Of a stretch of 32,000 nucleotides of DNA, positions 17,390 through 26,307 are shown piece after piece. Each line of letters begins with the position of its first letter. Positions within the stretch are counted from its first letter, which is position 1. The stretch is from Hydrogenophaga sp. Its GTDB lineage: Bacteria; Pseudomonadota; Gammaproteobacteria; Burkholderiales; Burkholderiaceae_C. A program made the position numbers and the translations under genes. The stretch spans positions 10,442 to 42,441 of the forward strand of contig JBKBWW010000008.1 of NCBI GenBank assembly GCA_046314475.1, given 5' to 3'. The notes below the pieces were generated by a model. That model was given only the letters and a program-made list of their open reading frames with translations. It was not told where the DNA came from and made no database searches.

Positions 17390-18045
17390 GCGCCCACCTC
17401 GGCAAGCAGCCAGCCGCGTTGCTCGAAAGCCTGGCGCACATGGCGCCAAACGGCGTCTTTGGGCTGGTCTGAAGGCACGCGGGCAAAACGCGCCGGGTCC
17501 TGCTCCATGCGATCGCCGTAACCTGCGGCCACCCTCTCGAAGAAGGCCAAAGGCTGGGATTCGAAGCGGTCGGGCAAACGGGCACCAGCCAGCCGCTCGG
17601 CGGCCACGGCGGGCGGCAGATCGAACCAGATGGTGAGGTCTGGCTGGCGCAGCTGGCCGCCCTGCTCCGGCATGGCTTGCACCCAGCGTTCGAGCTGGCG
17701 CAGCACGTCCAGGTCAAAACCGCGCCCGGCGCCCTGGTAGGCGAAGGTGGCGTCGGTGAAGCGGTCGCACAGCACCACCTCACCGCGCGCCAGCGCGGGC
17801 TCGATCACCTGCTGGAGGTGGTCGCGCCGCGCGGCAAACATCAGCAGCGCTTCGCACAGCGGGTCCATGGGATCGTTGAGCACCAGTTCACGCAACTTTT
17901 CGGCCAGCGGCGTGCCACCGGGTTCGCGCGTGAGCGTGACAACGCTCCCTTGTGCACGAAAGGCCTCGGCGAGACCGGCGATGTGGGTGGATTTGCCCGC
18001 GCCGTCGATGCCTTCAAAGGTGATGAAAAGTCCGGCGGTCTGCAT
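17386..18045 (-). CDS. tmk: Thymidylate kinase
   Basis: [15 protein letters not shown]-loop, LTREPGGT and DRF motif. The start was set at the ATG at 18045 ([12 protein letters not shown]). Confidence 0.92.
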   Translation of the reverse strand: MQTAGLFITFEGIDGAGKSTHIAGLAEAFRAQGSVVTLTREPGGTPLAEKLRELVLNDPMDPLCEALLMFAARRDHLQQVIEPALARGEVVLCDRFTDATFAYQGAGRGFDLDVLRQLERWVQAMPEQGGQLRQPDLTIWFDLPPAVAAERLAGARLPDRFESQPLAFFERVAAGYGDRMEQDPARFARVPSDQPKDAVWRHVRQAFEQRGWLLAEVGA

Positions 18046-18068
18046 GAAGGATGGGGAGGGTCGGCGGT

Positions 18069-19079
18069 TCAACGGCGCAGGATGTAGCGCTGCACCGCGG
18101 CATTGTGCTCTTCGAGCGAGGCGCTGAACTGGCTGGAACCGTCGCCACGGGCGACGAAGTAAATGGCGTTGGTCTCGCCGGGCTGCACGGCGGCGCGCAA
18201 GGAAGCCGCGCCTGGCATGGCGATCGGCGTGGGCGGCAGCCCGGCGCGGGTGTAGGTGTTGTAGGGCGTGTCGGTCTGCAGGTCGTCGCGGCGCAGGTTG
18301 CCGTCAAATTTTTCCCCCAGACCGTAGATGACGGTGGGGTCGGTCTGCAGGCGCATGCCGATGCGAAGCCGGTTGGTGAATACACCACCGATGCGCCGGC
18401 GGTCGCTCTCGAGACCCGTTTCCTTCTCGATGATGCTGGCCAGGATGAGGGCGTCCTCGGGCGTGCGCAGCGGGACGTTGGCGTCGCGCTGCGCCCAGGC
18501 TTCGGCCACGCGTTTGTCCATGGCCTGCGCGGCCTGGCGCAGCACGCTGGAAGCGGTGGCGCGTTTGGCCACGCGGTAGGTGTCGGGGAAAAAGCGGCCT
18601 TCCGGGTGCCGCCCGGGGTAGCCGATGAGCGCCATGATGTCGGCCGAACTCAGGCCTTCCAGGTCTTGCGTGAGGTCGGACGAAGCGCGAAGCAACTCAA
18701 ACACCTGGCGGTGGTTCCAGCCTTCGAGCAGCGTGATGCTGCGAACCGCCTGCTCGCCGCGAACGAGTTTGGACAGCAGGGTGCGCGGCGTGGTGCCCGG
18801 GGTGAATTCGTAGCTGCCCGCCTTGATGTCGCGCGAGCCGCCGGAGATGCGGAACCAGCCGTAGAGGAACATCCAGGGCGTCTGCACGCCGGACGCAGAC
18901 AATTTTTCGGCCACGCCGCGCGCCGACTGACCCGGTGGGATTTCCACGTCGAGCGGTTGTTGTTCGCTCACGCTGGCGGGAAATCGCAGGGGCTGATCAA
19001 CCCACCACACACCGAAGGCAGCCGTGATCAGCAGGGCGACCAGGGGCAGCACGAACAGGAGTTTGAGAAGACGCAGCAA
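18069..19079 (-). CDS. mltG: Endolytic murein transglycosylase MltG (YceG family)
   Basis: An N-terminal TM anchor is followed by the YceG body (...GSYEF...ASIIEKE...VFTNRL...LQTDPTVIY...YNTY...GLPPTPI). The start is uncertain: TTG at 19079 just before the TM helix is chosen, and ATG at 19196 is the alternative. Confidence 0.8.
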   Translation of the reverse strand: MLRLLKLLFVLPLVALLITAAFGVWWVDQPLRFPASVSEQQPLDVEIPPGQSARGVAEKLSASGVQTPWMFLYGWFRISGGSRDIKAGSYEFTPGTTPRTLLSKLVRGEQAVRSITLLEGWNHRQVFELLRASSDLTQDLEGLSSADIMALIGYPGRHPEGRFFPDTYRVAKRATASSVLRQAAQAMDKRVAEAWAQRDANVPLRTPEDALILASIIEKETGLESDRRRIGGVFTNRLRIGMRLQTDPTVIYGLGEKFDGNLRRDDLQTDTPYNTYTRAGLPPTPIAMPGAASLRAAVQPGETNAIYFVARGDGSSQFSASLEEHNAAVQRYILRR

Positions 19080-19213
19080 GGGGATGTGCTCAACAGGGTG
19101 AAGGGGCGGACGGCATGTCCGGATGGGTGCAGCCGATGATAATCGGGCACCCTTCAGGCGCTGCCTGCCGCTCGCTCGGCCGCCGGTGCCTTGCATCCCT
19201 TGCGGCGTCCGAC

Positions 19214-20170
19214 ATGAACACTTCCGTCTCACCCATGACCCCTCTTCCATCCGCTGCAGCCACGCCATCCATTCACGGCATCTCCCGATTGACGCACCTG
19301 GGGGTGATCCAGGTGGACGGGGAAGACGCGGCGAAGTTCCTGCATGGCCAGCTCACGCACGACTTCGCACTGCTGGGCTTGTCTGAAGCGCGGCTGGCCG
19401 CTTTCTGCTCGGCCAAGGGACGCATGCAGGCCAGCTTTGTCGGCTTCAAACGCAGCCACGACCAGATCCTGCTGGTGTGCAGCCGCGACCTGCTGCCCGC
19501 CACGCTCAAGCGTTTGTCGATGTTTGTGTTGCGCGCCAAAGCCAAGCTGAGCGATGCCAGCGATGCGTTCGCCGTTCACGGCCTGGCCGGCAACGCCGTG
19601 CCGGTCGTCCTGCCCGCCGCGCCGTGGTCACAGCTGCGCGAAGGGGATGCCAGCGTGGTGCGCCTGTACCCGGCCGACGGCGTTGCCCGAGCGCTGTGGG
19701 TCGCCCCTTCGGACGCCCCGGCTCCGGCAGGTGACCTCGTGACCGAAGACCTGTGGAACTGGCTGGACGTGAAAAGCGCTGTGGCCACGCTGAGCCAGCC
19801 GGTGTTCGAGGCCTTTGTTCCTCAGATGCTCAACTACGAATCGGTCGGCGGCGTGAACTTCAAGAAGGGCTGCTACCCCGGCCAGGAGGTGGTGGCGCGC
19901 AGCCAGTTCCGCGGCACGCTCAAGCGGCGGGCTTACCTGGTGCACAGCGCCGAGGCGCTGACCGTGGGCCAGGAGGTCTTTCACAGCAGCGACGCCGAAC
20001 AACCCTGCGGCACCGTGGTGCAGTCGGCCGCCCACCCAGTCGCCGGGTTCGACGCCATCGTCTCCATGCAGACCAGCGCCGCGACCGAGGGCAGCCTGCA
20101 CGCCGGCAGCACCAGCGGCGCGTTGCTCACCCTGCTGCCCCTGCCCTACCCCTTGCTCGACGACATCTGA
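19214..20170 (+). CDS. ygfZ: Folate-binding tRNA-modification / Fe-S cluster repair protein YgfZ
   Basis: GcvT-like fold sequence with the YgfZ signature FKKGCYPGQE. The start was set at the ATG at 19214 to leave a divergent promoter region with mltG. Confidence 0.8.
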   Translation: MNTSVSPMTPLPSAAATPSIHGISRLTHLGVIQVDGEDAAKFLHGQLTHDFALLGLSEARLAAFCSAKGRMQASFVGFKRSHDQILLVCSRDLLPATLKRLSMFVLRAKAKLSDASDAFAVHGLAGNAVPVVLPAAPWSQLREGDASVVRLYPADGVARALWVAPSDAPAPAGDLVTEDLWNWLDVKSAVATLSQPVFEAFVPQMLNYESVGGVNFKKGCYPGQEVVARSQFRGTLKRRAYLVHSAEALTVGQEVFHSSDAEQPCGTVVQSAAHPVAGFDAIVSMQTSAATEGSLHAGSTSGALLTLLPLPYPLLDDI

Positions 20171-20183
20171 ACGGGGCCTGGCC

Positions 20184-21011
20184 ATGTGCCTGATCGCCTT
20201 CGCGCTGAACGCCGATCCGGCCTGGCCTCTGCTCATTGCGTCCAACCGCGATGAGTTCTTCGAACGGCCCACCGCGCCGCTGCACCGCTGGCGGCTCGAC
20301 GACGGCACCGAGGTGGTGGGTGGGCGCGACCTGCGCGACGGCGGTACCTGGCTGGGTGTGAATGCACGGGGCCGCGTGGCCATGTTGACCAATGTGCGGC
20401 AACCGACGCCACAACCCGCCAGCCGCAGCCGTGGCGAGCTGGTGACGCGTTGGCTGCAAAGCGACGGCGATCCCGACCGCTTTGCGGCCGGCCTTTCGCC
20501 CGCCGAATACGGCGCTTTCAACCTGGTGGTGGGTGATTTCCACGGCGGTGCGTGGCACTGGCTGGGCAACTGCGACCCCGAAGCACCGCACAGCGTCCAC
20601 GCAAGCGGGTTGCACCGGCGTGCGCTCGAAGCCGGCATCCATGGTCTGTCCAACGCCAGCCTGGACACGCCGTGGCCCAAAACGCAACGGCTGAAGGCGG
20701 CGGTTGGTGAATCGCTGGCCAGCGCATCGGACTGGCTCTCACCCTTGTCAAGAGCCCTGGTTCACGACCTGCCGGTGCCCGACCTGGACCTGCCGCACAC
20801 CGGCGTGCCGGTCGATCTGGAGCGGGCGTTGTCCAGCCCCTTCGTGCGCATGCCGGACCGCGCCTACGGCACGCGCACCAGCCAGGTGGTCAGCGTGCGC
20901 GCCGCCGAACGCGGCTTTGCCGTGACCGTGCACGAATGGACGCACGATCCCGGCGCCACCGTGACCCGCCTGGCGCCCGAACAGGCCCGCATCGAGACCC
21001 TGGTGTGGTGA
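20184..21011 (+). CDS. NRDE-family protein (TANGO2/DUF833-like)
   Basis: It starts MCLIAF and contains the eponymous ASNRDEF motif. 275 aa. Confidence 0.85.
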   Translation: MCLIAFALNADPAWPLLIASNRDEFFERPTAPLHRWRLDDGTEVVGGRDLRDGGTWLGVNARGRVAMLTNVRQPTPQPASRSRGELVTRWLQSDGDPDRFAAGLSPAEYGAFNLVVGDFHGGAWHWLGNCDPEAPHSVHASGLHRRALEAGIHGLSNASLDTPWPKTQRLKAAVGESLASASDWLSPLSRALVHDLPVPDLDLPHTGVPVDLERALSSPFVRMPDRAYGTRTSQVVSVRAAERGFAVTVHEWTHDPGATVTRLAPEQARIETLVW

Positions 21012-21014
21012 GCC

Positions 21015-21878
21015 TCAGAGGCGTTTGAACATGGTCACGTGCGGGATGCCGGCTTCTTCAAAGGGCGCGCCGAGCACCGTGAAACCCAGCCGGTCGTAGA
21101 AGCCTTCGGCGCTGCGCTGCGCGTGCAGCACCACCTCGGCGTCACCGCGCTCGCGGGCCGCGTCCATCAAGGCCTGCAACACATCGCGGCCCAGGCGTCC
21201 GCCGCGAAGGGTGCGGTCCACCGCCATGCGCCCGACCTTGGCGCTGCCAGGCTCGTACGGCAGCAGCCGGCCGGTGGCGAGCGGGCGGCCCAGGCGGTTG
21301 TAGGCCACGGCGTGCACGGCGCTGGCGTCGGCCGCGTCCCACTCCAGCTCTTTCGGAATGCGCTGCTCTTGCACAAACACCGCGGTGCGCAGGCGCTGGG
21401 CGTCCGACCCCAGTTCGGCCCAGCCGCCCACGCGCACCTCGGTCACGGTCTCACCCGCTTCAAAGCCGGTGAGGATGTCGCGCAGCGCAGCGGGCACCGC
21501 GCGCGAAGTCTGCGTGGCCGGGTCAGCAAACACGTAGACGATCTCGCTGCTGATCAGGTGCTCATCGCCCCGGAAGATGGCGCCGGTGAAGGTGATGGAC
21601 GAGTTGCCGATGCGGCTGCACTTCATGGCCACCTCGATCTGGTCGTCGGCTCGCGCCGAGGCATGGAACTCCACCGTGGCCTTCACCACGTACAGGTCAC
21701 CGCCAAGCTGCGCCATGCTTTCCTGGTAGGGCAGACCCAGCGCGCGCCAATAGTCGGTGATGGCGGTGTCGAAGTACATGAGGTAGTGCGCGTTGAACAC
21801 GATCTTCTGCATGTCCACCTCGGCCCAGCGCACGCGCAGGCGGTGAAAGAAGCGGAAGTCGGAGCGTTGGAGTGCCAT
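21015..21878 (-). CDS. Fusion protein: 4HBT/YbgC-type acyl-CoA thioesterase (N) + GNAT acetyltransferase (C)
   Basis: The N-terminal half (RVRWAEVDMQKIVFNAHYLMYFD...) is hotdog-thioesterase-like. The C-terminal half (...GRMAVDRTLRGGRLGRDVLQALMD...AEGFYDRLGF) has the GNAT motif A. Confidence 0.75.
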   Translation of the reverse strand: MALQRSDFRFFHRLRVRWAEVDMQKIVFNAHYLMYFDTAITDYWRALGLPYQESMAQLGGDLYVVKATVEFHASARADDQIEVAMKCSRIGNSSITFTGAIFRGDEHLISSEIVYVFADPATQTSRAVPAALRDILTGFEAGETVTEVRVGGWAELGSDAQRLRTAVFVQEQRIPKELEWDAADASAVHAVAYNRLGRPLATGRLLPYEPGSAKVGRMAVDRTLRGGRLGRDVLQALMDAARERGDAEVVLHAQRSAEGFYDRLGFTVLGAPFEEAGIPHVTMFKRL

Positions 21879-21879
21879 G

Positions 21880-22863
21880 TCAGTTCTCTTGAAAAGCCTG
21901 GCGCAGCGCGCGCGCTGCGTCGTTGTGGGCGGTCAGCGCCTGGGGAATGGCCCGACCGAAATTGATGAAGCCGTGCACCACGCCGGCGTAGATCTCGATG
22001 TCCACCGGCACACCGGCGTGTCGCAGCCGGTCGGCGTACATCACACCCTCGTCGGTGAGCGGGTCGCACTCGGCCAGGCCGATCCAGGCGGGGGCCACAT
22101 CGTCGAGTTCGCGCACGTGGCCCTGTTCGTCCACGCCGTCGAGGGGTGCAAAGCGCCAGTCATCGCGGTCGGCCGGGCCGCGCAGGTAGTGACCGAAGAA
22201 GTAGCTGATGTGCGGCTCTTCCAGCAGGAAGCCTTGGGCAAAGGTTTTGTGCGAAGCCGTGTCCTGGTGGCCCACGCAGCCGGGGTAGAAGAGCAACTGC
22301 AGCGCCAGCGGCACACCCGCGTCGCGCGCAGCGATCGCCGTCACCGCGGCCAGCGTGCCGCCGGCGCTGTCGCCGCCCACCGCGATGCGGTTGGCATCCA
22401 GCCCCAGCGCGCCGCACTGCGCGCGCAGGCCGCTCAGGCTGTCCCAGGCGTCATGCACGGCGGTTGGAAACTTCCATTCGGGTGCCAGCCGGTAGTCCAC
22501 CGACACCACCGCGCAGTGCGCCAGATGCGCCAAATGCCGGCACAGCGCGGCGTGGGTGGCCACGCTGCCCACGGTGAAACCACCACCGTGGAAATACAGC
22601 AGCACCGGCAGGGCAACCTCGGAAGCCGGCGCGAACAACTGCGCGCGCAACTCGGCGCCGTCGCGCGCGGCAAAGCGCAGGTCTTCCACCCGGGCCAGCT
22701 TGTGCGAAGGGATCTCCAGCACGCCAGCCCCGGCCTCGTAGGCCAGTTTGGCCTGGACCGGCGTGAGTGCGTGCAGCGGCACATGGCCGGCGCGTGCAAT
22801 GCGCTCCAGCACATGGCGCATGGCAGGCGTGAGCAGCGAGCGGGGATCGGGTTGGTGGGCCAT
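21880..22863 (-). CDS. Alpha/beta hydrolase, hormone-sensitive-lipase-family esterase
   Basis: It has the oxyanion motif HGGGF, the nucleophile elbow GDSAGG, and a C-terminal DPL...HGF. I trimmed the 803-aa track ORF to the ATG at 22863, because the upstream 476 aa are antisense to the alcohol dehydrogenase gene. Confidence 0.88.
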   Translation of the reverse strand: MAHQPDPRSLLTPAMRHVLERIARAGHVPLHALTPVQAKLAYEAGAGVLEIPSHKLARVEDLRFAARDGAELRAQLFAPASEVALPVLLYFHGGGFTVGSVATHAALCRHLAHLAHCAVVSVDYRLAPEWKFPTAVHDAWDSLSGLRAQCGALGLDANRIAVGGDSAGGTLAAVTAIAARDAGVPLALQLLFYPGCVGHQDTASHKTFAQGFLLEEPHISYFFGHYLRGPADRDDWRFAPLDGVDEQGHVRELDDVAPAWIGLAECDPLTDEGVMYADRLRHAGVPVDIEIYAGVVHGFINFGRAIPQALTAHNDAARALRQAFQEN

Positions 22864-22980
22864 GGGTGCTGATTGTCGCGGCCCTCGCGGCCGGCTTGCA
22901 CCGCCCGAACGCAATGGCCTGTCTTGTGGGTGACCGCACGCGGGTTGACGCCGTAGGAGGATGGCGACGCCAGCCGTACA

Positions 22981-24153
22981 GTGGTTGCCACCACAAGAAC
23001 CACACCGGAGACCGCCTTGGCCCAGATCCTCTACATCACCAACATCCTGATCGATTTCGGCGTGCTCTCGCAGCTGCAGGCCGAGTGCGAACGTGCCGGC
23101 ATCCGCCGTCCGCTCATCGTCACCGACGCCGGCGTGAAGGCCGCAGGCCTGCTCGACAAGGCCACGGCCGCCCTGCCCGGGCTGAAGCCCGCGGTGTTCG
23201 ACCAGACGCCTTCGAATCCGACCGAGGCCGCGGTGCGCGCGGCCGTGGCGGTGTACCAGTCGCAGGGGTGCGACGGGCTGATCGCCCTGGGCGGCGGCAG
23301 CGCCATCGACTGCGCCAAGGGCGTGGCGATTGCCTGCACGCACGAAGGCCCGCTCAAGACCTACGCCACCATCGAAGGCGGCTCCTTGAAGATCACCGAC
23401 CGCGTGCCGCCGCTGATTGCCGTGCCCACCACGGCGGGTACCGGCAGCGAGGTGGCGCGCGGCGCCATCGTGATCGTGGACGACGGCCGCAAGCTCGGTT
23501 TTCACAGCTGGCACCTGGTGCCCAAAACCGCCCTGCTCGACCCCGAACTCACCCTGGGCCTGCCACCCATGCTCACCGCCGCCACCGGCATGGACGCCAT
23601 TGCGCATTGCATGGAAACCTTCATGGCGCCGCCGTTCAACCCGCCGGCCGACGGCATTGGTCTCGATGGCCTGGCGCGAGGCTGGGCGCACATCGAGCGC
23701 GCCACCAAAGACGGCCAGGACCGCGACGCGCGCCTGAACATGATGAGTGCGAGCATGCAGGGCGCGATGGCGTTTCAAAAAGGCCTGGGCTGCGTGCATT
23801 CGCTCAGCCACAGCCTGGGCGGTGTCAACCCGCGCCTGCACCACGGCACGCTCAACGCCGTGTTCCTGCCGGCGGTGATCCGCTTCAACGCCGAAGCCGC
23901 GTCGATGAAAAAGGACAACCGCCTGCAGCGAATGGCGCACGCCATGGGTCTGGCCAGCGGGAGCGATGTGGCCGAAGCCGTGACCGACATGAACGCCCGC
24001 CTGGGCCTGCCCACCGGTCTGGCTGCCATGGGTGTCACGCCCGAGCTGTTCGACAAGGTCATTGAAGGTGCGATGGCCGACCATTGCCACAAGACCAACC
24101 CTCGTCTCGCCACGGCCGAGGATTACCGGGCGATGCTGCACGCAGCCCTGTAA
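22981..24153 (+). CDS. Iron-containing (group III) alcohol dehydrogenase
   Basis: Motifs RPLIVTD, ALGGGSAIDCAKG, VPTTAGTGSE and HSLSH...HG (metal ligands) are present. The start is either GTG at 22981 or TTG at 23017, which has a GGAG 6 nt upstream. Confidence 0.88.
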   Translation: MVATTRTTPETALAQILYITNILIDFGVLSQLQAECERAGIRRPLIVTDAGVKAAGLLDKATAALPGLKPAVFDQTPSNPTEAAVRAAVAVYQSQGCDGLIALGGGSAIDCAKGVAIACTHEGPLKTYATIEGGSLKITDRVPPLIAVPTTAGTGSEVARGAIVIVDDGRKLGFHSWHLVPKTALLDPELTLGLPPMLTAATGMDAIAHCMETFMAPPFNPPADGIGLDGLARGWAHIERATKDGQDRDARLNMMSASMQGAMAFQKGLGCVHSLSHSLGGVNPRLHHGTLNAVFLPAVIRFNAEAASMKKDNRLQRMAHAMGLASGSDVAEAVTDMNARLGLPTGLAAMGVTPELFDKVIEGAMADHCHKTNPRLATAEDYRAMLHAAL

Positions 24154-24194
24154 CGCCGGGCTCCGGCCCACTCCCTGAAAGACCGCCGAACACG

Positions 24195-24228
24195 GGGTCG
24201 CGACAGCCTGTTGTCGCGACCCTTTCGC
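24195..24228 (+). terminator. Rho-independent-type terminator after the alcohol dehydrogenase gene
   Basis: Perfect 11-bp stem GGGTCGCGACA / TGTCGCGACCC (24195-24205, 24212-24222) with a 6-nt loop, followed by TTTCGCG. Confidence 0.6.
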
Positions 24229-24294
24229 GCGTCTGCCATTGGCCAGGCCACACGCGGGAAACACCCCTTTTTGGGGCGCTTTCCGAGTCATCGA

Positions 24295-24313
24295 TTCATG
24301 AGCGTTTCATGAG
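24295..24313 (+). promoter_or_regulatory. Direct repeat TTCATGAG x2 with 11-bp phasing upstream of the LuxR-solo gene
   Basis: Exact 8-mers at 24295-24302 and 24306-24313, about 150 nt upstream of the ATG at 24462. One-helical-turn spacing is typical of winged-helix (OmpR/PhoB-type) binding sites. Confidence 0.3.
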
Positions 24314-24461
24314 TGGTTCGTCAATCCTCAAACGGGTGATTGCCGCAGACTGTCCTCACTGAATTCGACGCCGCCACGCATGACAACAGCCCCGCACCGA
24401 GCGGGTCTGCGGGGTGGTTGCGTCCGAACCAGGACCAGACAACCTCCAACCAGGGTCGACC

Positions 24462-24719
24462 ATGACATTCGCAGCTCTCTTGAACACCACCGACACCACC
24501 TTGACCGCTCGGGAAACCGAGATCCTCGACTTCATTGCGCGTGGACTGACCTCCAAGCAGATCGCACGCCAACTCAACATCAGCCCCTACACCGTGAACA
24601 CCCACCGCGACAACCTGCGTCGCAAGCTGGGTGCGCACAACGGTGCCCAGCTGGCCTCGTGCCGGGCCACGCTGCACGGCGGTGATGCGACACAAGCGGC
24701 CATGGCACGCAAGTTCTGA
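24462..24719 (+). CDS. Stand-alone LuxR/GerE-type HTH protein (85 aa)
   Basis: LTARETEILDFIARGLTSKQIARQLNISPYTVNTHRDNLRRKLG is a canonical LuxR C-terminal HTH. No receiver or autoinducer-binding domain is present. The start was set at the ATG at 24462. Confidence 0.85.
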   Translation: MTFAALLNTTDTTLTARETEILDFIARGLTSKQIARQLNISPYTVNTHRDNLRRKLGAHNGAQLASCRATLHGGDATQAAMARKF

Positions 24720-24758
24720 AACGCCCCACCCCTCATTCCACGTCCTTCAGGAGCCCCC

Positions 24759-26246
24759 ATGTCGACCACCATTCCCTACTCGCCCTCGCTCGTGCTGGGC
24801 AGCATCGTTGAACCCGCTGTCATGGAGAACCTGCTGGCCATCTCGGCCGCACAAACCCCCATCGACGCCGCACAAGAGACGCTCAACTCCTTCATCTCCA
24901 TGAAGCGAAGCCTGGAGATGACGGTGCAAGAACTCATCAACATGGGCCTGGACCCCAAGGACCTGTTGAAGAAGGTCCAGGAAGCGGGCACCGATGTCGA
25001 CAAGGCCGCCACCGCCTACGCCACGGTCAGGGTGGAGCAGGAGCTCAAGCTGCAGCCCCTGCGCGCCAAGATGCAGATCGTCAATGCCAATGTCGAAAGC
25101 CCGATCGACTACAACCGCACCCAGATCAAGACGATGACGCTGGCTTCCGACTCCTTGAAGATGGATGCCCAGTTCTTCACCTTCGACGACAACGCCGAAA
25201 ACGACAGCGACACACTCTCCAACATCAAGTCCTACGTGAGTGCGGCCACCTCGTTTCTCGGTCAGGGTGTTTCATTCGACATGGCCAAGACCGCCGTCAA
25301 CCAGGTCGAGAAGCAGCGCCAGATGCACAAGATCTCCGGCACGCTGGTGCTCACAGCCACCTGCACCCACAAGGAGGCGCAGGTGCTGTCGCCCTTCTAC
25401 CTCGACGTGGACAAGGCCATTCGCGTGTGGAACCAGCTGTTCCCGGGTGCCAAGGACAAGATCCGCATGGACGAGACCAGCATGCGGCAAATCGCCGAGA
25501 ACGAAGGCACCACCGCCGAAAAGTCGTTCAACATCATTTCGGGTTCGTCGCTGGGATCGAGCTTTGTGGGCATGGTGCATGTGCTCAACACCGAAGAATC
25601 CACGACCAGCCAAGACGACGAGTCGCGTGCCAAAGACATGAAAGCCACGCTGTCGCTGGGCTCGGCGATTGCCTCGCTCAAGGGTGGTTTCGGCGTCGAC
25701 AAGAACTTCGCCCGCGACGTCAAGCGCCTGCTGAGCACCCAGAACATCAACTCACACGTCACCCTGATCACGGCGGGCTACATCCCCACGATCAAGGCCA
25801 ACCAGGTGGCGCTGGGGGTGAAGCAGTTCGCCAATTTCGACCCCTCGGACATGATGACCAGCCTGGCCAAGCTCTCCGACTTCACCTCGGCCGATCGCAG
25901 CTCGCTCCAGCAGGCCGCCACGGCGGCCCGCACCAAAGGCGAGTTCGTGGCGCTCAAGACCGCCAGCATCGAGAGCGTGATGACCAGCCTGGCCAAACTG
26001 GACGACGGGCAAAACGGCATGCTCGACATCTCCTCCATGGTGGTGGCCTTCGAGGACTACGTGAACACCGCTGCGGCCGCCACGCCCGAGGCCGCCATCG
26101 GCGTGCCGATCAACTACTACCTCAAGCCGATCACCCGCACCCAGTTGGCCGAGATGTGGGTCTCGAAGTACTACCCCAACAAGTACCTCGACATCCAGGG
26201 CGACGACACGCCGCGCCCCAAGAAAGATGCTGCCGCAACCAGCTGA
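24759..26246 (+). CDS. Uncharacterised 495-aa protein, copy 1; hypothesised MACPF/CDC-like pore-forming fold, no signal peptide
   Basis: SD AGGAG lies upstream and the GC3 signal is clean. It is a paralogue of the next gene. Ordered landmarks are SLKMDAQFFTFD, ISGTLVLTATCTH, SLGSSFVGMVHVL, SHVTLITAG and GVPINYYLKPIT (see findings). The gene call is solid; the fold assignment is a hypothesis. Confidence 0.85.
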   Translation: MSTTIPYSPSLVLGSIVEPAVMENLLAISAAQTPIDAAQETLNSFISMKRSLEMTVQELINMGLDPKDLLKKVQEAGTDVDKAATAYATVRVEQELKLQPLRAKMQIVNANVESPIDYNRTQIKTMTLASDSLKMDAQFFTFDDNAENDSDTLSNIKSYVSAATSFLGQGVSFDMAKTAVNQVEKQRQMHKISGTLVLTATCTHKEAQVLSPFYLDVDKAIRVWNQLFPGAKDKIRMDETSMRQIAENEGTTAEKSFNIISGSSLGSSFVGMVHVLNTEESTTSQDDESRAKDMKATLSLGSAIASLKGGFGVDKNFARDVKRLLSTQNINSHVTLITAGYIPTIKANQVALGVKQFANFDPSDMMTSLAKLSDFTSADRSSLQQAATAARTKGEFVALKTASIESVMTSLAKLDDGQNGMLDISSMVVAFEDYVNTAAAATPEAAIGVPINYYLKPITRTQLAEMWVSKYYPNKYLDIQGDDTPRPKKDAAATS

Positions 26247-26307
26247 GCGCAACGGTCCGTGACACGCGTGCCCTGAACCCCGAACAACCCTCTCCCGGAG
26301 CCATCCC

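Noticed and set aside
19080-19268. Long N-terminal extension of MltG (track ORF start 19268, ATG 19196)
   Set aside because: The extension is Arg/Gly/Cys-rich and would overlap or abut the divergent ygfZ start at 19214, leaving no promoter space. MltG proteins normally begin just before the single TM anchor. The start remains uncertain because the chosen TTG lacks a clear SD.
21880-24291. 803-aa minus-strand ORF spanning the esterase and the whole alcohol dehydrogenase region
   Set aside because: Only the C-terminal 327 aa (from the ATG at 22863) look like a real protein (HGGGF, GDSAGG). The N-terminal 476 aa are Gly/Arg/Ala/His-rich and lie exactly antisense to a well-supported Fe-ADH gene. 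This is a typical GC-rich shadow ORF.
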